Source: Felis catus
Taxonomy: Eukaryota
Length of the DNA stretch: 64,000 nt
Assembly (NCBI RefSeq): GCF_018350175.1
Contig: NC_058368.1
Coordinates: 165,418,001 to 165,482,000 of the forward strand
Direction: 5' to 3'
The position numbers were made by a program, and so were the translations under genes. Below, piece by piece: positions 26,230 to 40,300 of the stretch (within the stretch, counting starts at the first letter, position 1; each line of letters begins with the position of its first letter). Under the pieces are notes generated by a model, which had not been told where the DNA came from, did not search any database, and worked only from the letters and a program-made list of their open reading frames with translations.

Positions 26230-26760
26230 TTTAACCTATGCCAAATTTGAGACACTGGTCAATATAAATGTCTAAAATTCATGGGGAAGGTCTGGAATGG
26301 AGATATAATTCTGGAATTATTTTTCTATAGGTGGCATAATCACTGGGATACAATCACCCAGATAATGACTGTTAACAGGATGATTTGTGTTAACACACAA
26401 ATCTAGGTTACCATTTGAAATGCATGCACATCCGCAAAAAGAAAAAGATCAATGGAGATTAAAAAGGATTGAGATGAAAATTAGGAGATCTTGTTATTGC
26501 AAAATTTGATGAAAGCAGGGCTTCAAAACTATGGGAGCAATAAGATCATGTTGCTAATCAGTCAAATAAAATGAGGGCTGAGAACTAAACCATGGCTTGG
26601 ACAATATAGAGGTCACTAGTGACCCTGATGGTAGCTGCTACTGTGAGATGCCAGGAACAATGAAATGAGATATAAGGAGACTAGGAAGGAAATAACTCTG
26701 AATATGTGCAATAGTTAAGTAATTTTATTTGAAATGACAGAAGTACCATAAAAGCTGGAA
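26230..26760 (-). mobile_element. L2 relic
   Basis: GGAAGGTCTGGAATGGAGATATAATT... and GAGGTCACTAGTGACCCTGA motifs. Confidence 0.55.
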
Positions 26761-27261
26761 AAGAATAAAGGATCAAGTGAAACTTTTTTTTTTTTTAAGG
26801 TATGAAACAACAGACTGTGTGCTGATGAAGATGACACAGTATACAAGAAAAACTAATATTTTAGAGGGAGTGAAGAGAATTGTAGAAGTAAAGTCCTTGG
26901 TTTTGTAATATGGGGTGACATCTATTACACAGGGAAAAGGGTTTGCCTTTGCCTTGTATAGGAATAGTGACATTTTATTTACCTATTTCAGCAGAAACTA
27001 GCTGAAAGCATATTTATTCCAAAGTTAGCTATGTGTAGGTGGTACTAGGAAGATGTAGAAGTGACAATATGATTAATATTTTCTTCTCAGTTAAGCGAGA
27101 AACTGAGTGAAAGAGAAAAGAATACCCTGATATTCAGAACCAGCTGACACTAACAGAAGGGCTCAGCATTGTTGAAGTTTGGCCTGGCCCTCATGGTTAT
27201 GTCAAGAATTTCTCTTATTAAACATAAGCAATATTACAAGATAACACGAGAAAAGGTAACC

Positions 27262-27398
27262 GTGGTGATGGAATTTTCTCTGTCTTGATGGTGTGGAAGT
27301 TACACAGCTGTATTCAATTATCAAAATTCATCACACATTACACTTAACATGAGTGGTTTTCATTGCTTGTAAATTATACATTAAAAAAGAAGAAAAAA
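27262..27398 (+). mobile_element. Old L1M 3'-end fragment
   Basis: GGTGATGGAATT...TTACACAGCTGTAT...TCAAAATTCATC...TGTAAATTATAC and A tail. Confidence 0.65.
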
Positions 27399-28722
27399 GT
27401 CAGTGAAGTTAAAAGGAATTGAGTCTTTAGGTATATTTCTGAGAACATAAATCAAGATAATTAGCATTGGGTGTGGGATCAGGTGAGCAGTTCAAAAGAA
27501 AATCAATTATTACTCCAAAGTAATATGTCACCGTCATTCCCTTCAATATATAGTACTGGGTGGTCTTGGCTGTGGAACTCTAACCTCAGAACTTAGAGCT
27601 GTGCATGTATCTATGCAGTAAGGTCAATTAATGTCAAAGGCTGAATTCCTTGAAAATAATCAAAATTTACATTACATGGGCATCTAAAATTGATATTAGT
27701 AAAGATCTGTGGCTGCTAGCTCAAAATTGGCCAAATTTTAAACTGATGATGACACCAAGGCAATGCCATTCCTGGCAGTCATATTGTCAACTTTTTCTAA
27801 TGCCAGTTTTTCAGAGTAAATGTATTATTTTCATAGGTACAGTCATTAATAATTATTCTAAACTATTAAAGCATATTTGGTGGGAAGAAGAAAATATCAT
27901 TCTGGGACTGTAATGAAGTTAAACTAAAACATAAACACAAAGATCACCTCATAATCTTTTTTAAGGAAATACAAAATTTAAATTACCTTGCAAATTATAA
28001 AAACACTATACCACTAGTGATTGTTGTCTGCAGAGAACTCACATAGGAAGGTTATTGGCCATACAGAAGGTAGATTTTGGAAGTGTGAGGAGATTTTACA
28101 AAATAACTTGTGAAATAGTCACTTAGGAGAACAGGATTATTAATTAATGCCAGTTATAGAAAGAATAAATTTTAAATATTATAGGGAGTGCTCTAAGTGT
28201 AGGGTATTTGAAATTGAGATTTGGGATGTACTGCATTTCTTGACAAATTTAAGAGTATAATAAACTTAGGAATGTAACACAGAGGAAATGTCAATGAAAG
28301 GAAAGAAAATTAATCAAATGGACAGGATGCTGGATGGATTATTCAAATTTTAACGCAATTTTGAAAAATGATGACCAGTGATAGAGTAGTTGTCAATAAG
28401 GCAGATATTAAAATTATCTCTGAAAAAAAAGGATAATTGATCAGAAAGACTATAAAGAGTAAAAAACATCACCTACTTCAAAGGGGAAGACCTGCTGTCT
28501 GCAAACAGTAGTGAAAGGATGTGACATTCCATGATGAGAGCCCAGGAGTTTCAGGGCCACAAAGGAAAGATTTGTGTATTGGGAATGAAATGGAATATAA
28601 GTCAGATTTGGGGCTAAACAGAATATTGTAGGGACTGGATGTAGTTATTAGAGAGAGAAAAAACAGGATTAGATTTCTGCTGATGCTAGGGATATCAATC
28701 ATGATTCAACAAATCCAGTTGG

Positions 28723-28938
28723 GGGGCGCTGGGTGGCTCAGTCGGTTAAGCAGCTGACTTTGGCTCAGGTTATGATCTTGCGGTCTGTGAGTTCGAGCCC
28801 CGCGTAGGGCTCTGTGCTGACAGCTCAGAGTCTGGAGCCTGTTTCAGATTCTGTGTCTCCCTCTCTCTCTGCCCCTCCCCTGTTCATGCTCTGTATCTCT
28901 CTGTCTCAAAAATAAATAAACGTTAATTTTTTTTTTTT
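28723..28938 (+). mobile_element. Felid CanSINE with T-rich tail
   Basis: Full body; TSD AAATCCAGTTGG at 28711-28722 and 28939-28950. Confidence 0.96.
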
Positions 28939-29544
28939 AAATCCAGTTGGCCCTACACAAAGCAGATAATCAGTTCTTGTTGGAACTTGTGTCCTCAGAA
29001 TTTGGAGATGATGTGGTAAAGATGTTTGGGAAGGAAAAGCAGAGTTTTTTGTTTTTAGTTTTTGTTTTAAGAAAGAGCAGTCTTGATGCTATAAGGATTA
29101 TGCCTCAAATCTCTCTTGGAAATTAACCATGTACATGAACAATTATTCAGTTTATTTGTTAAAAATGCTAGGAAACTCCTACTATCATCAGGAAACTGCA
29201 AAAGCAAAGGGGATCTGAAACAGAATATAGACACTTTGGTAAATTTCAATCCAGGAAAGGTTATAATTTTTTCTTCACAAATTACCCCTTTTAGAAAAAT
29301 GTGATAGGATGAATAAATTCACACAATAAAAACATAAGGAAGTGAAAACATTAAAAAGCTATGTAACTTTTAGGACAAATATTGCATATACTTTATCTAA
29401 AAACTGCTTCATTTTATGTGTTTCTGTTAGATTAGCTCTGAAGCATTTGAAATGTGGCATATAATGAAGTCATCTTGCAACATGACTTAGAAAAATTCAT
29501 TTTAATATTTTCTTCTCTTTTTAAAAAACAACTTACAGGCAATA

Positions 29545-29760
29545 TCCTTCTATTTCTTCCTTCTTTCCTTCCTTGCTATTTATTTTGACAGGATCAGGAT
29601 GGGAGGGAGAGGAGTAGTGAGAGAAGAAGAGAAAGAAGCCCAAGCAGGCTCCATGCTCAGGACAGAGCCTGATGTGGGGCTTGATCTCAAGACCCTGAGA
29701 TCATGACCTGAAGTGAAATCAAGAGTAAGACACTTAACTGACTGAGCCACCCAGGTACCA
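29545..29760 (-). mobile_element. Older CanSINE
   Basis: ...ACTTAACTGACTGAGCCACCCAGGTACC; degenerate flanks TTACAGGCAA / TTACAGACAA. Confidence 0.88.
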
Positions 29761-32700
29761 GTTACAGACAACTTCTAAAACATGCCCCTACCAAAAGCAG
29801 TTAGAGAAGACCCATGTTAGATAGGTGCTTAAAGCCTAACTAAAATAATCCAAGCAGTTTTTCGTATTTAGAACAGAATATTTAGTAAAGCAATTTTTCA
29901 ACAAAGTTATAAATTCATTCCTCTTGTGAATATGTGTGTACATGTGCTTGTACGTATGCACACACCCATGTGCATTAACGTGCATGGTATGTAGGCATAA
30001 TGATGCTAACTAAAGCTTAAAACATGGTTATTCATATTTATTGACACTGTCTCAAAGATCCATTTCTTAGAAGCTAACCCTCTATTCATTGTAGCTGATA
30101 TACTTTAATGGTATTTGTACAGAGAAGGGAGGTTCGCTGAGGCTGAAATAGATTAAATGAGTAGAGTGAGCTTTTCTACCCCCTCTCCTGTAGTAATTTT
30201 CCTTCATTTCTTGTATAGTAGTGTACCATGAAGTCACTTCCAGGAACATGTCACAGATTCAATCAGTTGGGATGACACAGCATATCATTCCTATAAGTCT
30301 TCAGACACTTTCAGGAATGATTAAAAAGCACAGCATCGCCCACTGACTGTTGGGATGACATGTACACGTTGGAGAAGACAGCCCTATTGAGCAGTTATCA
30401 ATTACAAAAGTGTTTGAAAGTAGTCACTTTTCTATCTTAGAGGGTATTTCAAGTACATGGCCATCATACCGGATATGCTTCTATCATAGGTCTGTAATTT
30501 CCTCTATAAACCCAAGTGAAAAGGTACGAGAAAGTGCCAGATCAAATTGACACATTCGCTATCTGATGTGTCCAATGACTTTTAATTAAAATGTATTTTG
30601 ATTTTAGGAAATCAATTTTATACCCCTAACAATACCAAACATCAGATTAGCTGAGCTAAGACAATCATTAGCTGGCTCATTCAGACTACTGTTAACCCAT
30701 TTGAATTATTTCTGTGAACTTTTATCTTTACATAACCTTATACTTAAAGACACGCCTGAGTTTTTCTTGATGGAGAAAGTTAATACTGAGCTACACTTAT
30801 TTTAAAATGCATTGATTATGTACCCAGAATAAAACTGTCAGGTTGCTTTGTATGTAAAACCCTAGGTTTCTTTCAATCGGAAAAAGAAAACATAACAAAG
30901 AACAACCAAAAAAAACAAAACAAACAGGCAAAAACAAAAACACAACATCCCACTGTTTCGGTAGTTTCGTGGGGACAATTTCTAGAGGAAAAAGAGATTT
31001 TATCTGAATGGGACATGTGGCATGGATTCATTCAGCTGAAACAACTAAGAGTCCTAGCTATGCATTTCAATTTCATAATTGAAATATGCAGCAAAGTTCC
31101 AAAAGTTACTCATTATTCATATAGACCCTAAAGTTTTATTTTTGGTTGAAACTATTTGACTAATTACTAAAGATGACACATCCACAGATTCAAGGGGAAG
31201 GGGGCAGTGCATGTATGATTGCAGTTTATTCAGCAAGCAAAAGATTACAATATGTAAAAGAATTGTAACTACAGAGCTAATATTGAGGCTTGTAACTTTT
31301 ATTTTTCACTTATACTTTATTTTAGAATAATCTGATTCTCTAGTAAGTAACAAGATACTATGTTAGGGAATAAATTAAAAAAAATAAATAAAAACATTCA
31401 CTATAGCCATTTTATGGGTCTAGAGAAGAGTAAAAACCTTATTTCCCGGAGGGATTTGGCAAACTTCTTTTCCAGTCTTATTAGCAAAAATTTATTCCCT
31501 GCCATCTGAACTGGTGTGTGTTCCAAGAGATGTCCTGTGCTTAATGACCAGGCCAAAGTTCCTTCAGGAGTCAATGTCAAATAGAGACAGGATTGCATTA
31601 TACCCATCAGTTCCACACCTTAAGTTAGTGGTTGTCAATATTCCATTAGTATTTGGGCTACAAATGGGAAGAAAGGATACTAGATCTTCTATTCCAAAAT
31701 TATCACTCACCTTAAAAAAATGAATAAACTGAACATCAAGGAAACTCAGTGGCTTTGTCAAGCTGATGCAACTTGTCTTGTAAATCCGAAATGAATTAAG
31801 TGATATAAAACACCTTGGCACAAGTAAAGGGCATCACATGCCTCCCTCATCTTGGTTTCACCACTATTCAAGTCCAGGGAAATCAGTCCCTACATGGAGG
31901 TTATGACTATTTCCTAAATCTTGTACAAGGCAGGATATTTCAAAAAAATTATGCTAGCATCTCTTAAGATATTAAAAATTTTAATTTAAAAAAGCTATCA
32001 TAAAAATATTAGTAACATATTGGCATGCATTAAGGCTTAAATCTATCAGTGTGGGACATGTCAAGGGCAAGAGAAACCTCACTGCAGTTTGCCTTAGGCC
32101 TTCTTTGTTACTTGTCAGTGTTCATCTTCATCCTGCTGTTCCTACCTCATAGATGAGATTCTGGGGTCCCAATACCCTACAGTCTTGCCAATGATTTTGT
32201 TTTCAATCATAGCTATTAGCGGGTTAAACTAACCTCACAATAAATTCAAATGATTGGGTAAAGTGCCTGTAAATTAGTTTCATAATATACATGAACTGAA
32301 GACACTTGGAATGGAAGATATTTCTAATCTAACTATTCATAAATAAAAGCTGTCCAGTAAGATCTAAGCATCTAAGACTGTATTTGGCAAGGTTACAAAA
32401 TTTGTAACATAAAAAAAGCAAAGTGTGGGAGAGTATTTTTAAATCTTCAGCATATGGACTTAGTTCAAAGCTGGAAATGGCAGAGAATGATTATAAACTA
32501 CTATTGGATAGGATTCAAAATGTAAGCTGATAATAGGCATATAGTGGTTCACCTGCCTAGAAAAATAACTGAGCTATGAAACAAAATGAAGATATTAATG
32601 GAACATTTTAATTAGCATTATTATAATGTATGCTTAGGATAAACTGTTTGGAGAGGGCACTTGCTTAATTATCCACTGGAGGATCAAACAGTAGATGATA

Positions 32701-33953
32701 AACTTATATGTTATTATTACCAGGAGCGTTATTTGCATATTTGCCAAATTCAGCACTTTCTCCAGTGTTTTAAAGACTAACCTTCAATTTAGATTTTGAT
32801 TCATGCTCTTTTTCTAATGATTCTAGCTACTCAACATTCAGGAATAACAATCCTTGGAAATTATATATATATAGCTTGAAAGCTATAAATTATTTTTAAA
32901 ACCAAAAATATTTAATCTAATTTTACTGCTTTATTCTAAAAAAAAAAAAATCCCAGTAGGTGGAGGCCAAATCCTAAACTGCATTCTGCATCATCCATGC
33001 TTATCTTCTTAAAAACTGTCATCATACCTCCTTTTCAAATAGTACAGTAAAACTTATTTTAATGAAATATCATTTTAAAAGGAATGCTGGTTGTTTAAGA
33101 TTAAAATGACTGCCTGGTAAGAAAGATGTCAATGATGCTTATGAACCTTTTATATCAATTATTATTAAGGTTTTGCACATTCTAATTCATTAATAAATGG
33201 GGGACGAAGGAAGGTATGTTTTATTGCTGATCATTACTCAAATAAAATGGGATTTTTTTTCTATGAGAGTATTAAGAGAAATTACTAATTTCCATTTTTC
33301 CATAAAATCCATTTCTACAATGTAACCTTGACCCAGTCTGAAAGAAAGAAATCTTGCTATGGGTTTCATACCCATCTTCTTTACCTTTTTAAATTCAATT
33401 CCAGCATCAGCCATAATTATAGGTAAAGCGCCTTTCTTCATCTGTCAAATACTATAAAACCATGATCTGTTATTGTTTAGATATGCTACCATCCATTGTC
33501 TTTTCAAAGCATCTAATTGCCAACACAATTATCCTTGGATTTTATAATGTTCTATCTTATCTGAGTAGATTCAACTATATTTATTTGCCTGGTAACAAGC
33601 ACTGTACTAGTCACACTGGCATCTTAAAAATGTTCATTCCCATGAACATACTATCTTAACTTCTATCTCTGTTTATTTTTTCTCTCTCAACATAAATTTG
33701 CTCTTTCTGTGAAATTACACCTTCAGCATCTATACCCTCCCCTATTATCTCTTACTAGATCTCATTGGGTTTTCTCGTCTAGATTTCTTTCCTCTACTAT
33801 TATTCCTGGGTATCTTCTCTAAGTTTCCACTGAAGCAAACTTCAAACAAAAAACAAAAACTCTTCTTTTACTTATGCAATTCTGAAAACCTCAAACTATG
33901 GAGATTTTTTTAATTTTCACATTTTATAGACAAGTTACCTTAAACCAGCATAC

Positions 33954-34113
33954 CTTGTAGTATACATCCATTCTTTTAACATCAATCGTTTTTGAGTTTC
34001 CTTGGAAGAAGTAGTTATTCCCATTCTCAATTTTCATAATTGTAGATAGGAGTTCATACCTCAGGAAGTTCCTGGCCACAGCGAAAAGTTTAAAGTTCAT
34101 GTTGTGATTCAAA
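33954..34113 (-). other. Candidate 160-nt internal exon (unassigned)
   Basis: Acceptor TGTCTCTTGTTTAG, donor AAG|GTATGC, one open frame (LNHNMNFKLFAVARNFLRYELLSTIMKIENGNNYFFQGNSKTIDVKRMDVYYK); no recognised homology. Confidence 0.3.
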
Positions 34114-35081
34114 CTAAACAAGAGACACTAAATTCAAATATTTGGGTTGAAACTATAGTGAATGAAGCACTCTGTCTCAGCTAGGTGTGCCTGTACCTAA
34201 GTCATCATTGCTGTGCGTGAAGTAGGTTGCTTAAAAGAAAAGTCAACATGGAGGAAATCAGTCACTGAGTGACAGATGTGTCATGTAATCTTTGCAGGCA
34301 TTAAATCATTTATGCTTGGAAACAGCTATGCTACTAAAATGTTCTTTTATTAGAGCCAGAGATTGCTTTACTCATTTATTTGGGTTTGGGTTTACATAAC
34401 TTGTAAGCAAAACAGTCCTAAGTTACATTTTTGACTGTAGTCCTCCATGCATATTTTAAACAAGAAAGCTTCTCCCCGGCCCCATGAACCTGTAACAATC
34501 CAGGTACAATGCAAGCATTCACTGACCATTGTTTAAAATTTCTACTAGTTATTCATTTTCTACACTAAGTCTCAGTTTTCCCAATAGTTTCCTCATATAC
34601 ATCTCTTTGTAGGGCCTCTAATCCCTTCCTGATCTATTCCTAGCTTAGAATGACTGTTTCATAATTCAGTGACAATTGTCATAATCACAAACTACCATTC
34701 CCTTCACATCCAGATATCCTAGTGTCCACATTTCTTATCTTTTTCTGCTCTCAGTGGTATTTCTGCTCCATGCTATGTATTTGAATCTTTCCTTCACAAC
34801 TTACTCACTAGTGACCTCAATATTATCTTTTACTTCCCTTGCAGGTTTGGTATCCAATATAAACAAGTTTGAAGAAAATTATACTTGACGTTAGTTCTTT
34901 CACAATTGCCTTTTTAGTTTATATATCAATTTCTAATTTATACCAACTGTCTGCTTATAATAACTATCAACTTCCACTTAAGTATGACTAGATGTAGAAA
35001 GTTAAAGTTTTTTTAAGTTAAATTTAAATTACTTCACCTCCCTCAGACTCCATATTCTTAACTAAAAAATGAAAGGTAGTT

Positions 35082-37318
35082 GGAGGAAGATGGCAGAGGA
35101 GGAGGATCCTGAGCTTATCTCATCCCAGACACTCCAAGATAACAGCTACACATGTACAACTAACTCTGAAAATGACCAGAAGACTGCCAAAACAGACCAT
35201 CTAGAGTTAATAGTAGGAGAGACCACAACAAAAAGGGTAGGCGGGGCAGAGACATGGTTGGCAAGATTAATCACAAATGAGAGGGACACCAGAGCATGGA
35301 GAAGCAAGAAAATCAGATTCGACACCAGGCACTCTAAACACTGAGAAGATGAGTCCCCATAACATCTGGCTTCGAAAACCAGTGGGACTTAACTTTTGGA
35401 GCTTTTTAAAATCATTGGTGTTTTCTGTATATAATTTAAAAGTCAGCAGATCTAACTCCAGAAGAGCCAGATGGAGATAGGAAGCTGAGTCTCAGTCCAT
35501 AATGAGCCAGCATAATAGATAATTTGGCCTGAGACACAGCATAGAAGCAGCCATTTGAAAAGCACCTGTAGTATACCTGAAGTTTTTTTTTTTATTATTT
35601 TTATTTGTTTTACTAATCTCAGAACATATGCTATAGAGGCAGCTTAGAGATTTCTCTCTGCACAAAAATTCTGGGGGTCCATTTCTCATCCCCTCTCCAG
35701 CCTAGGTAGCCAGACACTTACAGGAACCAGCACTAACACTCTTGACCTAATTTGCTAGCAAGTGCTTGCCCCACCCTCACGTGCTCCTGTGGACCAGCTC
35801 CATCCAAACCTGCAGCCTCAGTAGACATACCCCCAAAGTGGCTCATTCCCCACCACCACATGCTAGCAGCCCAGAAAGGGACCAATGCCACTCCAAAGTG
35901 ACTCCTGCCCTGGGGAGAGGGGGTGATAATCCCCCACATAAGCATGCCTACAGTTCTAGCAGGTAAACATATTAGCTGGCTGTACAGGAAATGGTCTCTT
36001 CCACAGCTGTGGATGCACCAAATGATGGGGGTAAGTGCAGACATCTAGTCTGGCTACTGACCCCATTCACCTTGCCTGTCATGGACTCAGGCAAGCCCTT
36101 CAGCAGCACAGGGATAAAACGCTGCCCAGTGTACCCACAACAGGTACAACAAGTCATAGCAGATGAATGGGCTGTAGGCAAACATGGCTCAGCAAAAACA
36201 GCAGGATGCATGGAGCCCACATAGGAGACCAACCTGGAGCACTTAGTCTAGTGACTAAAGGGCATTGTACTCCAGAGGACCACAGGAGCTCTTTTACACA
36301 AAGCCACTACTTTTAAGACCAGGAGATGTAGCTGATTTTTGTAATATGCAGAAACAAACACAGAGAGTTAGGCAAAATGAGGAGACAGAGGAATACATCC
36401 CAAATGAAGGAAATGGACAAATCACATCAAAAGAGTGAAAGAAAATGGAAATAAGTAATATGCCTGATAAGGAATCCAAAGTAATGATCATAATGGTACT
36501 CATTGGACTTCAGAAAAGAGTGAATGAACTCAGTGAGGACTTCAACAAGAAAGAAAATATTTGAAAAACCAATATTTGAAAAACTGAAGAATTCAGTAAC
36601 TGAAATAAAAAATACACTAGATCAAACCAATAGCAGATTAGAGTATGTGGAAGAACAAAATCAGTGATAGGTAAGACAGGGTAATGGAAAGCAACCAAGA
36701 TGACCAGCAAAAAAAGGGGAAAAAAAGAATAATTAAAAATGAGAATAGATTAAGAGAGTTCACTGACATCATCAAGTATGAGAACATTTATATTACGGGG
36801 AACCCAGAAGGACAAGAGACAGAGAAGGGGATAAAAAACTTACCAGAAGAAATAAGAGCTGAACACTTCCCTAATCCAGGGAAGGAAACAGACAACCAGG
36901 CGCAGGAATCGCAGAGAGCCCCTAACAAAATTAAGCCAAGGAAGCTACATCAAGACAAAAATAACTAAAAAGGCAAAAAGTAATAAAGCATAAAGAATTT
37001 TAAAAGCAGTAAGAACAAAGCAAACAGTTATATACAAGGGAAACTCCCTAAGACTACCATAGCTTATTTGTCATTGGCAACTTTGAATGTCAGAAGGGAG
37101 TGGCATGATACATTCAAATTGCTGAAAGGAAAAAGTCCTACAACCAAGAATGTCTTATCTGGCAAGGTTATCATTCAGAATAGAAGGAGACAGAGTTTTT
37201 CACACAAAGTTAAAGGAGTTAATCATTGCTAAACCAGCCTTACAAGAAATGGTAAAAAGAATTCTTTGAGTCAAATAAAAGGCCATAGCCAAAAAAAAAA
37301 AAAAAATACAAAGCAAAA

Positions 37319-37353
<35 letters not shown>

Positions 37354-40300
37354 ATTCACAAGTAAATGCAAACAGATAATAAAGGTAGTCACTAAATCAC
37401 TTAGAAAATCAGTATGTAATTTAAAACATAGAAGTGTAAAATCAATTCTATCTATAAAAATAAGTCAAGGGATACACAAATAAAAAGATGTAAGCTATGA
37501 CATGGAAATAAAATGTGGAGGGGGGAATAAAATTTACTGCTGTTGCAATGTGTTTGAACTTAAGCAACCATCAACTTAATGTAGACTGCTCTACAAATAG
37601 ATGTTATACATGAACCTAATGATAACTACAAATCAAAAACCTATAATAAATACACAAAACATAAAGAGAAAAGAATTCAAGCATAACACTAAAGAAATCC
37701 ATCAATCCACAAAGGAATATGGCAAGAGGACGAAGGAATAGAAAGAACCATAAAACAACTAGAAAGAAAGTAAAAAAAAAAAAAAAGTGGCAATACATAC
37801 GTACCTAACAATAATTACATTAAATATATATGGACTAAATGTTCCAGTTAAGAGACATAGGATGAAGGACTGGATAACAAATTTAAAAAGGCCCCACCTC
37901 AATGCTGCCTACAAGAGAATCACTTCAGACCTAGAGATACATGCAATCGGAAAGTTAAGGACTAGAAAAACAAACACCATGTAAGTAGAAAAAAAAAAAG
38001 CCATAGAAGTAATACTTCCATCAAACAAAACAGACTTTAACAAGAGGCAAAAAAAAGGCACTACATAATGATAAAGGGAACAATCCAACAAGAAGATATA
38101 ATAATTTTAAATATCCATGCACCCAACACAAGAGAATCTACATAAATAGAGCAATTATTTAAGTAAAAATGGAGAAATTGATAGTAATACAATAGTAGGG
38201 GGCATTAACACCCTACTTAAATCAATAAAATATATCCTTCAGACAGAAAATCAACAAGGAAACAGTGACTTTGAAAGACACTTTAAGACAGATGCATCTG
38301 ACAGCTATGTACAGAACATGCCATCCAAGACCAGAATACAATTCTTTTCAAGTGCAGATGGAATACTCTCCAGTATAGTTCACATGTTAGGACACAAAAC
38401 AAGTTTCAGTAAATTCAGGCGATTTTCCAATCACAAAAGTATTAAACCAGAAATCAATTATAAGAAAAAAACCTGGAAAGAACACAAAGACATGGAGGCT
38501 AAGTACAATGCTACTAAACAATGAATGGGCCAACCAAGAAATCAAAAAGGAAATAAGAAAATACACAGACAAATGAAGATGAAAATATAATGTTCCAAGT
38601 ATTTGGGATATACCAGAAGCAGTTCTAAGAGAGACGTTTATAGCAAAACATGCTAACATCAAGAAACAAGAAAAATCTTAAACAAACAATCCAACTTTAT
38701 ATCTAAAAAAACTAGATAAAGCCCCAAGTTAGCAGAAGGAAGGAATAACAAAGATTAAAGCAAAAATAAATAAAAAAGAGACTACAAAAATTAGAAAAAA
38801 ATAAATGAAACCAGAACTAGTTTTTGAAAAGATTAACAAAATTAATAAAACTTTAGCCACACCCATCAAGAAAAATGCAGAAATTACCCAAATAAATAAA
38901 ATTAGAAACAGAGGAGGAGAAATAACAACTGACATCACAGAAATATAAGGATTATAAAAGATTTTTATACATTCCTAGAAATCCATAATCTTCTGAAACT
39001 AAATCAAGAAGAAACAGAAAATTTGAACAGAATGATTAGTAGTAACAAAACTGAATCAGTAATCAAAAACTGTCAACAAAAAAAAGCCCAGGACCAGATG
39101 ACTTCACATGTAAATTCTACCAAGTATTTATAGAAAAGTGAATACCTATTCTTCTCAAAGTATCCCAAAAAATAGAAAGCAAAGTTTCCAATTCATTCTA
39201 TGAGGCCAGAAAAAGCCTGATACCAATACCACACAAAGACACTATAAAACAAAAACAAATCCTTCAGGCCATTATCTTTAACATAAATGCAGAAAATCCT
39301 CCACAAAATATTAGAAACTGAATTTAACAATACATAAAAAACATCATTCACCATAATTAAGTAGGATTTACTCCAGGGATGAAAGTGTGGTTCAAAATTT
39401 ACAAATCAATTTAATATATCACCTTAACAAGAGAAAGGATAAAAATCATATAATTTTCTCAAGGGATGCAGGAAAATAATTTGAAAAAAGCCAGTATCCA
39501 CTCATGATTAAAACTCTCAACAAAGTGAGGTGAGAGGGAATATACCTCAACAAAGTAAAGGCTATACTTAAAAAACCCATAGCCAAAATCATAGTCGATA
39601 GTGAAAAAAAAATGGAGAGCTTTTCCCTAATATCAGGAGCAAGACAAATTGTCCACTGTCACTACTGTTATTCAATGCAATATTGGAAGTCCTAACTGCA
39701 GCAATCAGGGAAGAAAAAGATATAAAAGTCATACAAATTGGTAAGGAAGAAGTAAAACTGTCACCATGTGCAGATGACATAATACAATAGATAGAAAATC
39801 CTAAAGGCATTACCAAAATCTTTTAGAACTGACAAATGAATTCAGTAAAGTTGCAGGATACGAAATTAATATACAGAGAGTTACTGCACTTCTATACACT
39901 AATAATGAAATACAGAACAGAAATTAAGAAAACAATCCTATTCATAACTGCACCAAAACGAATTAAATGCCTAAGAATAAGGAGGTAGAAGACCTGTACT
40001 ATGAAAATTATAAAACATTGATGAAAGAAAGTGAAGATAACGCCAACAAATAGAAAGACATACCATGGTAGTGGATTGGAACAATTAATATTATTAACAG
40101 GTCCATACTACCCAAAGCAATCTGCATATTCAATACAATCTCTATTAAAATACCAACAGCATTTTTCACTGAAGTAAAAAAAAATAATTCTAAAATTTGT
40201 GTGGAACTATAAAAGACCCTGAGTAACCAAAGCAATCTTGAGAAAGAAAAATTGGCGTATCACAATTCCAGATTTCAAGATACACTATAAAGCAGTAGTA

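Noticed and set aside
33385..33441. Resemblance of IIMADAGIEFKK to the glutathione S-transferase N-terminal motif
   Set aside because: Too short, and neighbouring segments lack the GST QxP and QS motifs.
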